From assembly GCA_046759445.1 (NCBI GenBank), contig JBHICG010000044.1:1-27762 (forward strand): DNA of 27,762 nt. Reading direction: 5' to 3'. Numbering within the stretch: position 1 is the first letter of the stretch; the number at the start of each line of letters is the position of its first letter. This document shows, piece by piece, positions 27,708 through 27,762 of the stretch. Source of the DNA: Candidatus Scalinduaceae bacterium. Its GTDB lineage: Bacteria; Planctomycetota; Brocadiia; Brocadiales; Scalinduaceae. Made by a program: the position numbers and the translations under genes. The notes under the pieces are model-generated. The model was not told the origin of the DNA. It made no database searches and was given only the letters and a program-made list of their open reading frames with translations.

Positions 27708-27762
27708 AGCGGGCGATGGGATTCGAACCCACGACACCCAGCTTGGGAAGCTGGTATTCTAC
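27708..27762 (-). tRNA. tRNA-Gly(CCC), 5' part cut by the window edge; CCA not encoded
   Basis: Minus strand: CCAGC-TTCCCAA-GCTGG anticodon arm, GTGGG-TTCGAAT-CCCAT T-arm, 3' CGCCCGCT. Confidence 0.93.

Noticed and set aside
1..27762. CRISPR array, integrase or transposase
   Set aside because: No regularly spaced repeats and no recombinase or transposase motifs seen.

Overview
AT-rich bacterial chromosomal window. The gene content suggests an anaerobic planctomycete of the anammox (Brocadiales/Scalindua-like) type; this is inference, not a database result. From left to right: (1) 1-1400, an accessory-looking patch with a small RHH-like gene, a GC-rich structured ncRNA candidate and a 44-aa Lys-rich sORF; (2) a membrane protein gene, then queD, an hps::rraA fusion and mcsA-mcsB-clpC; (3) a MITE-like repeat, with a second inverted copy at about 26.2 kb; (4) a 9-17.3 kb redox/oxidative-stress region with three sigma54-type promoters, a sodC pseudogene, two superoxide-reductase-like genes, aspA/fumC, an Fe-S flavoprotein, four c-type cytochromes (one tetraheme, one with CxxCY in place of CxxCH) and two half-ferritin genes; (5) a decayed PIG-L/DegT/WecA glycan operon; (6) tusA-like, radA and two paralogous SHOCT lipoproteins; (7) on the minus strand ispD, dgt, HIT, nlpD-like and a truncated tRNA-Gly(CCC). 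All calls come from reading motifs by eye; no searches were run.
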